The notes under the pieces are model-generated. The model did no database searches, had not been told where the DNA came from, and was given only the letters and a program-made list of their open reading frames with translations. The translations under genes and the position numbers were made by a program. Shown here piece after piece: positions 19,834-28,999 of a stretch of DNA of 64,000 bases (within the stretch, counting starts at the first letter, position 1; each line of letters begins with the position of its first letter). Origin of the DNA: an uncultured Acidimicrobiaceae bacterium (GTDB lineage: Bacteria; Actinomycetota; Acidimicrobiia; Spongiisociales; UBA5794); the NCBI GenBank assembly GCA_964397045.1, contig CAYNHF010000051.1:24928-88927 (forward strand), given 5' to 3'.

Positions 19834-20000
19834 GTAGTCGAACTCGTCGCCTCACCACACCGGCGCCCGAAGAGAGCTCTTCAGCCGGCGACTTCACTCC
19901 ACCGTCCGACTTGGAACAACTGGCCCAAGCTGGGCTCTGGAGTGGGTCGGGGAGCAGGCCCAACGCGGTAACGTGACGCCATCTGGAGCAGGGAGATCGG

Positions 20001-22757
20001 GTGACGACATCGACTGACGAACCGGCGCCGTATTCACTACCGGTGGCAGATGTAGCCACCAACCTCGACACGAACAGCCAGGAGGGTCTAGACACCGCGG
20101 AAGCCGCGTCGCGCCTCGAGCGCTACGGGCCGAACTCGCTGCCCAAGGAGGACCCGCCGAGCTACTGGAGCCTGGCTAGGGCCCAGATCGCGCAGCCGAT
20201 GAACGTGATGCTCGTCGTTGTGACGGTATTGAGTTTCATCATCGGGCAGATCGCCGTTGCGATCCTGGTCGGGCTCCTCGTGGTGATGAATGTGGTGATG
20301 AGCACGAGCCAGGAGCTCAAGGCCCGCGCCTCGGTGGAGGCACTCGACGAACTCCAGGTGCCGACCGCCCGGGTGCTTCGCTCGGGATCCGTCTCGGAGG
20401 TCAACTCGATCGACCTGGTTCCAGGAGACCTGGTGCTGGTGGAAGCCGGCGACTTCGTCCCCGCCGATGGCCGCATCGTCAGGTCGGCGACCCTGGAGGT
20501 CCAGGAAGCCGCGCTCACCGGCGAAAGTGCCCCCGTGCCCAAGGATGCCACGCCACTCCCACCGGGAGATGTGGGGCTCGGCGACCGCATCAACATGCTG
20601 TACCAGAACACATCAGTGACCCGTGGCACCGGACGGCTCATCGTCACCGCGACCGGGAGCAACACCGAGATGGGCAAGATCGCCGGGATGCTCCAGAGTG
20701 TCACCCGGCAGCCATCTCCGCTGGAGCGTGAACTCTCCAGCCTCACCAAGTGGCTCGGCGTCGTGGCATGGATTGCCGTCGCCATCATCTTTGTCGTCGG
20801 ACTCGCCAGGGGCCTCGATGCCGACACGCTCATTCTGCTCGCCGTGCTGACCGCGATCTCTGCCATTCCGGCCGGTCTTCCAACGTTTGTCCAGATCATG
20901 CTCTCATCCGGTGCGCAGCGCCTGGCCGACTCGAAAGCCGTGGTGAAGAGTCTCACCGATGTCGAGACCCTGGGATCAACGAGTGCCATCAACAGCGACA
21001 AGACGGGCACGTTGACGATGAACCAGATGACCTCGACGACGATGTTCACCGGAGGCCATTGGTACACCATCGAGGGCAGCGGATACGAGAAGCAGGGAGC
21101 CATCCTGGCTACGGCAGGTGACACCCAGCCCGACTTCACCCCCCTCGGGTACGGGCTGGCACTGTGCAGCGATGCCACCGTTGCCGACGACGGAACGGTG
21201 GTCGGTGACCCAACCGAAGCGGCCCTCGTGGTGCTCGCCGCCAAGATCGGTGTCGACGCCGAAACCTCGCGCCGCGAACTTCCCAGGGTGGCCGCCGTGC
21301 CCTTCGACTCGGAATACAAGTTCATGGCGACATATCACCTGGTCCCCGACGCAGGTGAGGATCCGCTGTACGAGCTGGTTAAGGGCGCGCCGGACGTGGT
21401 GCTCGACCGCTGCTCTCAGGCCTACTGGAAGGGTGAGATCGTCCGCATCGACGAGGTTCGCTCGGACCTGCTCGACGCCAATCGCAAGATCTCCGCGGGC
21501 GGCCTCCGCGTCCTGTCGTTCGCGATCCGTCGCTTCGCCGAAGTAGAACAGGCCGCCATTGTCGACGATCCGATGGGCCACGTCGGCGAGCTCACATTCA
21601 TTTCTCTCGTTGGCATCATCGACCCCCTACGCCCCGAGGCGAAGGAGGCGGTCGCTGTTGCGCACTCCGCCGGTATCGAGGTCCGCATGATCACCGGCGA
21701 CCACGCCATCACCGCAAAAGCCATCGCGGACGACCTCGACCTCGGCCCAGGGGTCATCACCGGCCCTGAATTCGATGCAATGCCAGACGCCCAGGTGAAG
21801 GCCGATCTCAACCAACTCCACGTGTTCGGCAGGGTGGCTCCCGAGGACAAGCTGCGGCTGGTTTCCCTCATGCAGGAGACCGGCCAGATCGTGGCCATGA
21901 CTGGAGATGCTGTAAACGACGCGGCGGCCCTCAAGCAGGCCGATATCGGCGTAGCAATGGGCAGCGGCAGTGAGGTGTCGAAGCAAGCCGCCAAGATGAT
22001 CCTTGCCGACGACAACTTCGCCACCCTCGTCCACGCCGTCGAACTCGGACGCGACATCTACGACAAGGTGACCGCGTACATCGCCTATCAGCTGACGGGC
22101 ATGTTCGGCCTGCTGATCTTGATGCTGCTCGCCACGATCCTCAACATCAACAGCGGTGTGGCGCTGTCCCCAGGCATGATCCTGTATATCAGCCTGTTCA
22201 TAGCCGTTTTCCCGGTGCTCGCGATCATGGGAGACACCGCGGATCCGGGTTTGATGGGTCGGCCGCCTCGTGATCCGAGTATTCCGGTCTTCAACCGCAC
22301 CACAGGGATGCGTTGGGTGATCGTCGGCATCGTGCTCGCGGTGGCCGCACTGATCCCCCTGGTCTGGGGCCCAGACGAACCGAAGGTCGACGGGCCATCC
22401 ATCTCGATGACGATGACGTTCGCGATCAGCGCCCTGGCAACCGTCGGGATCGGCGTGGTCGCCCGACGCGACCCGGGCGGCTTCTGGAACGGTCCCGTCT
22501 TCCCCTACTTCGGGTGGTTGAGCGTCGCAGCGGTCATCACGGTGCTCGGTGTCGAACTCCCCTTCCTGCAGCGCCTGCTCGAGACCGTGTCGCTGAGCGG
22601 ATCCCAGTGGCTCGGGGTTCTCGCCCTGTCGCTCGCGGCCCCCGTCCTCATGTCGGCGGAGAAGGCGTGGCGGCGCAGCAAGCTGACCAACCAGAACCAG
22701 GAGACATCTACCGGAGTCGAAACTGGTAGCAGCCATCCGGAGACTGTCAACGCCTAG
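20001..22757 (+). CDS. Cation-transporting P-type ATPase (type II, Ca2+/cation; CtpF/PacL-like)
   Basis: TGES, DKTGTLT, KGAPD, MITGD, GDAVNDAAAL motifs, 10 TM helices, 918 aa. GTG start with a GGGAGA RBS. Confidence 0.9.
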   Translation: MTTSTDEPAPYSLPVADVATNLDTNSQEGLDTAEAASRLERYGPNSLPKEDPPSYWSLARAQIAQPMNVMLVVVTVLSFIIGQIAVAILVGLLVVMNVVMSTSQELKARASVEALDELQVPTARVLRSGSVSEVNSIDLVPGDLVLVEAGDFVPADGRIVRSATLEVQEAALTGESAPVPKDATPLPPGDVGLGDRINMLYQNTSVTRGTGRLIVTATGSNTEMGKIAGMLQSVTRQPSPLERELSSLTKWLGVVAWIAVAIIFVVGLARGLDADTLILLAVLTAISAIPAGLPTFVQIMLSSGAQRLADSKAVVKSLTDVETLGSTSAINSDKTGTLTMNQMTSTTMFTGGHWYTIEGSGYEKQGAILATAGDTQPDFTPLGYGLALCSDATVADDGTVVGDPTEAALVVLAAKIGVDAETSRRELPRVAAVPFDSEYKFMATYHLVPDAGEDPLYELVKGAPDVVLDRCSQAYWKGEIVRIDEVRSDLLDANRKISAGGLRVLSFAIRRFAEVEQAAIVDDPMGHVGELTFISLVGIIDPLRPEAKEAVAVAHSAGIEVRMITGDHAITAKAIADDLDLGPGVITGPEFDAMPDAQVKADLNQLHVFGRVAPEDKLRLVSLMQETGQIVAMTGDAVNDAAALKQADIGVAMGSGSEVSKQAAKMILADDNFATLVHAVELGRDIYDKVTAYIAYQLTGMFGLLILMLLATILNINSGVALSPGMILYISLFIAVFPVLAIMGDTADPGLMGRPPRDPSIPVFNRTTGMRWVIVGIVLAVAALIPLVWGPDEPKVDGPSISMTMTFAISALATVGIGVVARRDPGGFWNGPVFPYFGWLSVAAVITVLGVELPFLQRLLETVSLSGSQWLGVLALSLAAPVLMSAEKAWRRSKLTNQNQETSTGVETGSSHPETVNA

Positions 22758-22779
22758 GCACCACCGGCTCAGCGGATCA

Positions 22780-23421
22780 CTACGCGCGCCGCGCCGCGGC
22801 GACGAGGATCACAATCGCGACCGTGGCCGCGAGCATGTCGGATGGGATAACGAGGCGCATCAACTCGCCCCCGTCCAGCACCCACTCCCCCGCCGAGCTG
22901 AATCCAACCACCCGCAGGTAGTTGGCGATCGAAGCGACGCAGAAGGCACCCATCACTGCGCCGGCGCCAGTGCCGATCGCCCGGCCCCACAGCCGGGTGG
23001 CTCCGATGAGGGTCGCGGCGACCACCCAGGCGATATCGAGCGCAGACAGCAATTGAAGGAACTGGACGGAGGGGGCGAAACGAAGTGCAGCAGACGAAGC
23101 CAGAGTCACCAGCCCCACGACCCCCGTGACGACGACTACGAGAGATGCACCGCCCGCGATTCGTCGCCACGTGTCACTCAACGTGTATCCGGCGTACCAA
23201 TCACCACCAAACAGCGGCGCGACCCGAGCCGAGACGATCACTCCGAGCATGGTGAGCGCGCTCAGGTGCACCAGAAACAGTCGCGTCAGGTCGAGGTCAT
23301 CCGGCACCAGCAATAGAAGCACCGACACCAACAGGCCGCCGACGAGCCACGGTAGTGAGCGCACCGCAGCCACCTCCAGGGGTGATGACACGAAGGTTTG
23401 CGGCTCAGTCACGCGCCTCAC
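22780..23421 (-). CDS. Polytopic membrane protein, unknown function
   Basis: 213 aa with about 6 hydrophobic helices. The start overlaps the stop of the upstream methyltransferase gene by 17 nt, suggesting translational coupling. Confidence 0.5.
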   Translation of the reverse strand: MRRVTEPQTFVSSPLEVAAVRSLPWLVGGLLVSVLLLLVPDDLDLTRLFLVHLSALTMLGVIVSARVAPLFGGDWYAGYTLSDTWRRIAGGASLVVVVTGVVGLVTLASSAALRFAPSVQFLQLLSALDIAWVVAATLIGATRLWGRAIGTGAGAVMGAFCVASIANYLRVVGFSSAGEWVLDGGELMRLVIPSDMLAATVAIVILVAAARRA

Positions 23422-24190
23422 GCAGGCGATCCTCTGCCAGCAGGGCGTAATCGGTGTCGATCTCGTAACCGACGTAGCGCCGCCCGGTCGCGACGGCTGC
23501 CAGCGCAGTCGAACCGGCCCCCATGAAGGGGTCGAGGACCAGGTCGGATTCGAAGCTGTACAACTCGATCAGGCGTCTGGGCAATTCCACAGGAAACGGC
23601 GCGGGATGGCCAACCCGGCGCGCCGACTCGGGCTGGATCTCCCAGATCGAAACGGTTGCGGCGAGAAAGTCGTCCTTCGTGATCGTGTCTGCCCCGGGAC
23701 GCAGCCGCCGGTACGACTCCTTGGAGGCCACGATGACGTATTCGTGGATGTCTCGCAGCGTGGGGTTCTTGGCGGATTGCCACGAGCCCCACGCGCAGGA
23801 TCCACCTGCCGACTTGGCCTTCTGCCAGATGATCTCACCGCGGAGTTGGTACCCGATGTCGTTCAGCAGGCCTGCCACGTAGTGGTTGAGCGGCAGGTAC
23901 GGCTTGCGGCCCAGGTTGGCCACGTTCACTGCCACCCGGCCGCCGGCCTCGAGCACCCGATAGGTCTCGCGCAGAACCCGTTCTAGCAAGTCCAGATATT
24001 CGGCGAGGGAGAGGTCCCCGTCATACTCTTTGCCAACGTTGTACGGCGGTGACGTGACCATGAGCGACACACAGCCGTCGGGAAGCTGCTCCATCGACTC
24101 CGCGGACTGCACAAAGATCTTGTCGAGCACCTCATCCGGCGGTTCCGCAATTGTCCCGGTTGCAGGCACTGGAACAGCATCACCGCTCAT
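23405..24190 (-). CDS. Beta-class DNA methyltransferase (N4-cytosine or N6-adenine; PF01555-like), solitary
   Basis: Motif IV SPPY (LMVTSPPYNVGKEY) precedes motif I (VLDPFMGAGSTALAA), the beta-class order. ATG at 24190, 262 aa. Confidence 0.8.
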   Translation of the reverse strand: MSGDAVPVPATGTIAEPPDEVLDKIFVQSAESMEQLPDGCVSLMVTSPPYNVGKEYDGDLSLAEYLDLLERVLRETYRVLEAGGRVAVNVANLGRKPYLPLNHYVAGLLNDIGYQLRGEIIWQKAKSAGGSCAWGSWQSAKNPTLRDIHEYVIVASKESYRRLRPGADTITKDDFLAATVSIWEIQPESARRVGHPAPFPVELPRRLIELYSFESDLVLDPFMGAGSTALAAVATGRRYVGYEIDTDYALLAEDRLREARD

Positions 24191-24350
24191 ACGACGGGCG
24201 TAGTAGTCCGTCGCGTCGTGACTCTCGCGCTTGCCCGCGCCAAAACTCGCCGTACTGGTTGCCACCCGACCTCCTGTCGGGAAACCGTAGCATCGACACC
24301 GCGCGGCACCCGGCAAACCCGTGAGCAGCAGAACCAGCAGTGGATTCAGT

Positions 24351-25187
24351 TCAATCGTCGTTCGGGATACGGGCGCTGCGGTAAGAGCCGAGGACGTCGA
24401 GCTGTGCCAGCGTGGCCGGAGGCGGATCCACGACCCGCTCCAGGCCTTCGATACCGGGATCATGCTCCAGATCGACGAAGAACCGATACGACCACGCCCT
24501 CGAAGACGGACGGGACTCGATCCGCGTCAGGTTGGCGCCACGCAATCCGAGTTCGGTGAGGGCAAGGGCGAGGGCACCGGGGGTGTGGCCTGTGGTGAAG
24601 ACGACGGTGGTCTTGTTGTCAGAAGGTTCCACCACAGGCTCACCGGGAGCCAACACGAAGAAGCGCGTGGTGTTGTGGTCCCGATCCATCACGTTGTCTG
24701 CGAGCACCACCAGCCCATGGGGCCCTGCGGAGCCCGGCGGGGCCAGCGCGGCGACCGAGGGGTCGTCGGCCGCGGCAACCTCGCGCACCGCCCCTGCAGT
24801 GTCGTGGCGCGGCACCGCCTCGACCCTCAATGCCAGCAGCGCCCCTTCGGCCTGGGCCAAGGCCTCGGGGTGGGATCGCACCTGCCGGATCTGGTCGAGC
24901 GTCGACCCGGGGACCCCGAGCAGCGAGTGGCGGACCTCGACCAGATGCTCTGCCACGATGGCCAGCGGCTGGCGATCGGGGACGTGCGGAAGGCGATCGA
25001 GCACCGGCAACACACTTCCGGTTGTCGAATTCTCGACCGGAAGCACCAGGCGATCTACCTCACCGGACTCCAAAGCCGCGAAGGCGGCCACGAAGCTGGG
25101 CAGACCTTCCACCGTCGCACCCGGGAACAACTCGCCCGCGGCGCGATAGCTGTACGAGTGTGGTTCGCCTTGATACCCAATCTCCAT
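24351..25187 (-). CDS. pheA: Prephenate dehydratase
   Basis: PDT domain (IGYQGEPHSYSYRAA...VLPVENSTTGSV) and C-terminal ACT domain (TTVVFTTGHTPGALALALTELGLRGANLTRIESRP). Confidence 0.85.
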   Translation of the reverse strand: MEIGYQGEPHSYSYRAAGELFPGATVEGLPSFVAAFAALESGEVDRLVLPVENSTTGSVLPVLDRLPHVPDRQPLAIVAEHLVEVRHSLLGVPGSTLDQIRQVRSHPEALAQAEGALLALRVEAVPRHDTAGAVREVAAADDPSVAALAPPGSAGPHGLVVLADNVMDRDHNTTRFFVLAPGEPVVEPSDNKTTVVFTTGHTPGALALALTELGLRGANLTRIESRPSSRAWSYRFFVDLEHDPGIEGLERVVDPPPATLAQLDVLGSYRSARIPNDD

Positions 25188-25206
25188 CTGCCGCACCCTA
25201 GGACGG

Positions 25207-27225
25207 TCAGTCGCCCGCGGACTCCCCGGCACCCACGCCAGCGGCGTCGAGGGCGAGCGGTTCGCGGTCCTTCACCCAGTTCGGCCCCTTGGTGCGTGAC
25301 CCACTCAACGCCCCATCGATCTGGGCTTCCTCGGCAATCTCTTCTGCCGTCTCTTTGGACCGGGCAATCCGCTCGCCACGTTCGATCTCGAGCTGGCGCA
25401 ACCGCTGATCCACTGCCGCGATCTGCTCCTCCGAGATACCCTCGAACCCGTACGCGGAGTGCACAAACCGGGCCATGTCTGCGCGGTAGTCGTGCCCGAA
25501 CGACTTGAACTCACCCGGAACGGTGACCATGGCGTTCATGGCATCGATCACCGTCTGCACGAAGGTGATCAGGGGTTGCCACTGCATTGAGTCGGGGACG
25601 CCACGGCCGCGGGCGACGCCGGGTTCCAGCCAATGGGGTTGCTTGAGCATGAGTGCCGTATCAACCACTGCGATCGGGTCGTTGTCGTGGTCGAGCACCA
25701 CCGCACGCAGTTTCGCCTGCTCTTCCTCCGTCAATGCTGCGAACTGTTCGTACCGGTCGAAGGCCTTCACCGTTCCCTCCGAGACGAGCTCACCTTGCCC
25801 CCTCCGCATTCCCGTCTTCGACCACTTGGCCAGGCCGGGGAGCCCGACCCACAGCGCCCGGTCGATGCCGTACCAGTCGAAACCCTCCGAACCCTGGTGC
25901 ATGATGACGTCGGAACTGGCCCACGCTCCCAGGCTCTCTCCGAAGACAAGCACTTTCGGCCGCCGCTCCGGTGGACGGTCGCTGAGCCGCATGCGCACTC
26001 CTAGAAGCAACTGCCGGAACTGGGCTCGCCCCAGGGCGACCTTCTGCAGTGACAGGAATGATGGGTACCGCCCGTACTGCACGCACACGCTGGCGATGTC
26101 ACCTTTGGCAAAGAACTCGGCGGACTCGATCATCGTCTGATCCACCCAGCCGGTCCCGGTGGCTGCCACGAGCAAGAGGTACTTGCGGTCGAATGCTCCG
26201 GTCCGGTTGAGCTCGGCGAGAGCCAGTTCTGCTCGACCGCTCGAGTAGATCGGTTCCGAGTTGAAGCCCACGTAGCACCGAATCGGCTGGGCGACGGCAG
26301 ACTCACCGATCGTCTCCTCGATCAACTCCGGTGTCACCGCATCCGAAACAAACCGCCTTCCCTGCAAACCGAGTTCATCGAATGGGGAGTGACTGTCTGC
26401 GCTCCCCGACATCAGAGACGACTCCGGCGGCCGGTCATAGGCCGGTTCGATCTTCTCGTTGGCACGGCCGATGGAGCCGACCAGCCCCTGGTAGGCGAAG
26501 GTCCCGGCGCCGGCCCAGACCGCAGCATTTACCACGCGCCCCACGAGCCGGTTCTGAGGCGCATCTCCGAAGAACTTCATCGAAACGTTGCGGCTTGCCA
26601 CGAACCCCTTGGCCAAACCCATGCCCACACCGACCACCGCGACACCGACGCCGACGGATCCGGGCACAGTTGCTCGCTTGTCCTCCTCGGTCCAGCTGTC
26701 AATGATCGCGCGACGATCAGCCAGCCGTTTCTTGGCGATGAAGGCGAGTCCACCGACACCGGCCGCGGTTCCGATCAGCGGACGAATGAAGCTACCCGCC
26801 GGGAACCTCTCCTGGACCAGTTTGCCCGTATCGAAGAGGGCCCCTCCGGCAGCGCCCGCCATCGCCAGCCTCCCTGCGCCTCGCAGCGGCTCCAATTGCG
26901 CCGCCTCGCCTTCCTTGCGGGGAATCTGGGAAGCGCCGAAGCCGGCGAGTCCGATCGCCGAGCGGACTCCCATGCGCAGCGCATATGGGGCATCGTGTCC
27001 CACCGTCCTGCCCACAACGACTTCAGATGCGACGCCAACCGATCGGGCGGCCAACACGCTGAGGGCGGCGGCGATCCCCTGATGCGCAGACCCACGCGGC
27101 ATCAACGACGGGGAGTAGGCATCCACGAGCGCAACGCTCTCGAGTGGTGCGGACGGGCTTCCCGTCAGCGGGTTCTGCCAAGCAGCGAATCGCCAGATCA
27201 GCTCGCCTACCTTCGCCTTCAGCAT
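25207..27225 (-). CDS. Membrane-anchored alpha/beta-hydrolase family protein (Abhydrolase_9-like)
   Basis: N-terminal multi-TM domain and a C-terminal hydrolase domain with nucleophile elbow GESLGAW. ATG 27225 with GGAGGGTGGA RBS. Confidence 0.65.
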   Translation of the reverse strand: MLKAKVGELIWRFAAWQNPLTGSPSAPLESVALVDAYSPSLMPRGSAHQGIAAALSVLAARSVGVASEVVVGRTVGHDAPYALRMGVRSAIGLAGFGASQIPRKEGEAAQLEPLRGAGRLAMAGAAGGALFDTGKLVQERFPAGSFIRPLIGTAAGVGGLAFIAKKRLADRRAIIDSWTEEDKRATVPGSVGVGVAVVGVGMGLAKGFVASRNVSMKFFGDAPQNRLVGRVVNAAVWAGAGTFAYQGLVGSIGRANEKIEPAYDRPPESSLMSGSADSHSPFDELGLQGRRFVSDAVTPELIEETIGESAVAQPIRCYVGFNSEPIYSSGRAELALAELNRTGAFDRKYLLLVAATGTGWVDQTMIESAEFFAKGDIASVCVQYGRYPSFLSLQKVALGRAQFRQLLLGVRMRLSDRPPERRPKVLVFGESLGAWASSDVIMHQGSEGFDWYGIDRALWVGLPGLAKWSKTGMRRGQGELVSEGTVKAFDRYEQFAALTEEEQAKLRAVVLDHDNDPIAVVDTALMLKQPHWLEPGVARGRGVPDSMQWQPLITFVQTVIDAMNAMVTVPGEFKSFGHDYRADMARFVHSAYGFEGISEEQIAAVDQRLRQLEIERGERIARSKETAEEIAEEAQIDGALSGSRTKGPNWVKDREPLALDAAGVGAGESAGD

Positions 27226-27311
27226 TCCACCCTCCAATTCTCGGCCTGTCACGACTGATAACTCCACGGTAGCAATCAAAGCACGGGATCTGGCCCGGCA
27301 GATCACCCGAA

Positions 27312-28271
27312 TCAGGTGATTTGAGGAGCGGCAATCGACCTCGGATCTACGTTGGCGCCGCTGAGCAGCAGACAGACCCGCTCGCCGGGTTCCGGCACGT
27401 ACGCTCCGGTCACCAGCGCAGCCAGCGTGGTCGCCGCGGCCGGTTCGACAAGCAGCCGCGCTTGTTCCCACAGCTGCCGTTGGGCGGCGCGAACCGCGTC
27501 ATCGCTTACGAGCACCGCATCTTCGACCCATTGCTGAGTCGCCTGCCAGGCAATCGAGCCGATTCGCCCGGCACCCAACGCTGATGCCGCAACTCCGCTC
27601 ACTTCGACATCGACTGGTCGGCCCATCTCCCGAGCCCGAAACAGGGTTGGGGTGCCCTCGGTTTCGACCGCAACGATACGGACCCCGTCGCGGTACCACG
27701 CCGCGATGCCACCGATGAGTCCTCCGCCGCCGACGGCGACCAAGATCGTGTCCACGTCGGGCCACTGCTCTTCCAGTTCCCTGCCGCAGGTCCCCTGGCC
27801 GGCGACTACTGCTGCATGGTCGTAGGCGTGGGCAAAGAGCCCTCCGGAACGGGCGACATGGTGTTCGCTGGCCGCCAGTGCTTCGCGGTAGTACCCGGGC
27901 TCGATGGAGACCTCTGCGCCGAGACGGTGCAAGCGATCGACCTTGGCCGGTGGCGAGGAGTCGGGAACAAAGACGTGAGCCGGGATGCCGAGGGCGTGAG
28001 CGGCGTAGGCGATGGCCAGCCCGAAGTTGCCTCCCGAAGCTGCGATGACACCCTGGACCGGAACGTCAGTCGAGAGCAGCAAGTTGAAGGCTCCCCGCAC
28101 CTTGAAGGACCCGGTGGGCTGGAGGAACTCGAGCTTCAGCGTGAGGTCGTGAGGTAGTTCGCCGGGATCCGAGCCAAGGGTGACTACCGGAGTGTGACGC
28201 ACATGGTTCGCGATACGAACAGAGGCGTCTGTGATGGCCTTTCGGGTGATCTCGCCGCCGGCGCTGGACAT
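27312..28271 (-). CDS. PLP-dependent serine/threonine dehydratase
   Basis: PLP-lysine motif (LQPTGSFKVRGA) and GGGGL loop, 319 aa. Confidence 0.8.
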   Translation of the reverse strand: MSSAGGEITRKAITDASVRIANHVRHTPVVTLGSDPGELPHDLTLKLEFLQPTGSFKVRGAFNLLLSTDVPVQGVIAASGGNFGLAIAYAAHALGIPAHVFVPDSSPPAKVDRLHRLGAEVSIEPGYYREALAASEHHVARSGGLFAHAYDHAAVVAGQGTCGRELEEQWPDVDTILVAVGGGGLIGGIAAWYRDGVRIVAVETEGTPTLFRAREMGRPVDVEVSGVAASALGAGRIGSIAWQATQQWVEDAVLVSDDAVRAAQRQLWEQARLLVEPAAATTLAALVTGAYVPEPGERVCLLLSGANVDPRSIAAPQIT

Positions 28272-28372
28272 GAGCTCATGGTAGGAGCCCGCTTCAAAGC
28301 GGCCGTCCGTCAGTCGAGGGCCGGTAACGCGGGATTCTGTGGGGTTCCGCCCTCGAACCGAAGCTGGTCCGG

Positions 28373-28846
28373 CTAGGAAGTCGCGTTGGTGAAGATCGTC
28401 TCGCCCAGCGCCGCAATCGAAGCTGCGTCATCACGAAAACCTGTGGTCGTCACCGAATACCAGCTCGAGCCGGAGACGAAGGTCGCGCTCGATTGAAACG
28501 GGCTCTCCGCCGCGTATCCGTCGTCACCGTACGACAGAGCGATACAGCCTTCACATGGATCGGGTTTGGTCAATGCGTGGTCCGAGGCAACCTGAATCAG
28601 GAGGCTGTTGGCATTCGCGTCGCGCCACGTGCAGGAATCGATCGGCCCTGCCTCGCTTGGTTCTCCCACGAAGACCTCACCAAAGTAGGCCTCCAGCACG
28701 GCGTCGCCTGCCAGTGTGCAGGGATCCGGCGTCTGAGTCGCCGACACCGCGGCGGTGTCGGTTGCCTCGCCACCCGTCGAACCGTCGGAGCCACCGCAAG
28801 CGACTACCAACATTCCGATTACGAGCATCACACCTAGCTTCCACAT
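28373..28846 (-). CDS. Lipoprotein (DUF3558-like), unknown function
   Basis: Signal peptide plus lipobox (MLVVAC|GG), Cys-containing small secreted domain. Confidence 0.55.
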   Translation of the reverse strand: MWKLGVMLVIGMLVVACGGSDGSTGGEATDTAAVSATQTPDPCTLAGDAVLEAYFGEVFVGEPSEAGPIDSCTWRDANANSLLIQVASDHALTKPDPCEGCIALSYGDDGYAAESPFQSSATFVSGSSWYSVTTTGFRDDAASIAALGETIFTNATS

Positions 28847-28999
28847 GATGTCCTCGCCCTTCCCCAGGAATCATTCCGAACCTACACGCCGAACCATCGG
28901 CGTGGAGCCCGATCGCGTCCGGCGGTGATCGGCCCGTCTCCTTTCAAGCGAAAGATGTGTACACCACATAGGATGAACGGCCCCACCCGGAAGTCGATC

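Noticed and set aside
19752-19850. tRNA-like strings (CGAACC / GGTTCGAT and ...CCTCCA) on the minus strand, suggesting a tRNA in the divergent intergenic region
   Set aside because: The T-arm cannot be paired (only 2 bp closing a TTCGATG loop), and no acceptor or D-arm complementarity exists. The region is better described as a 13-bp perfect palindrome; it is not a tRNA.
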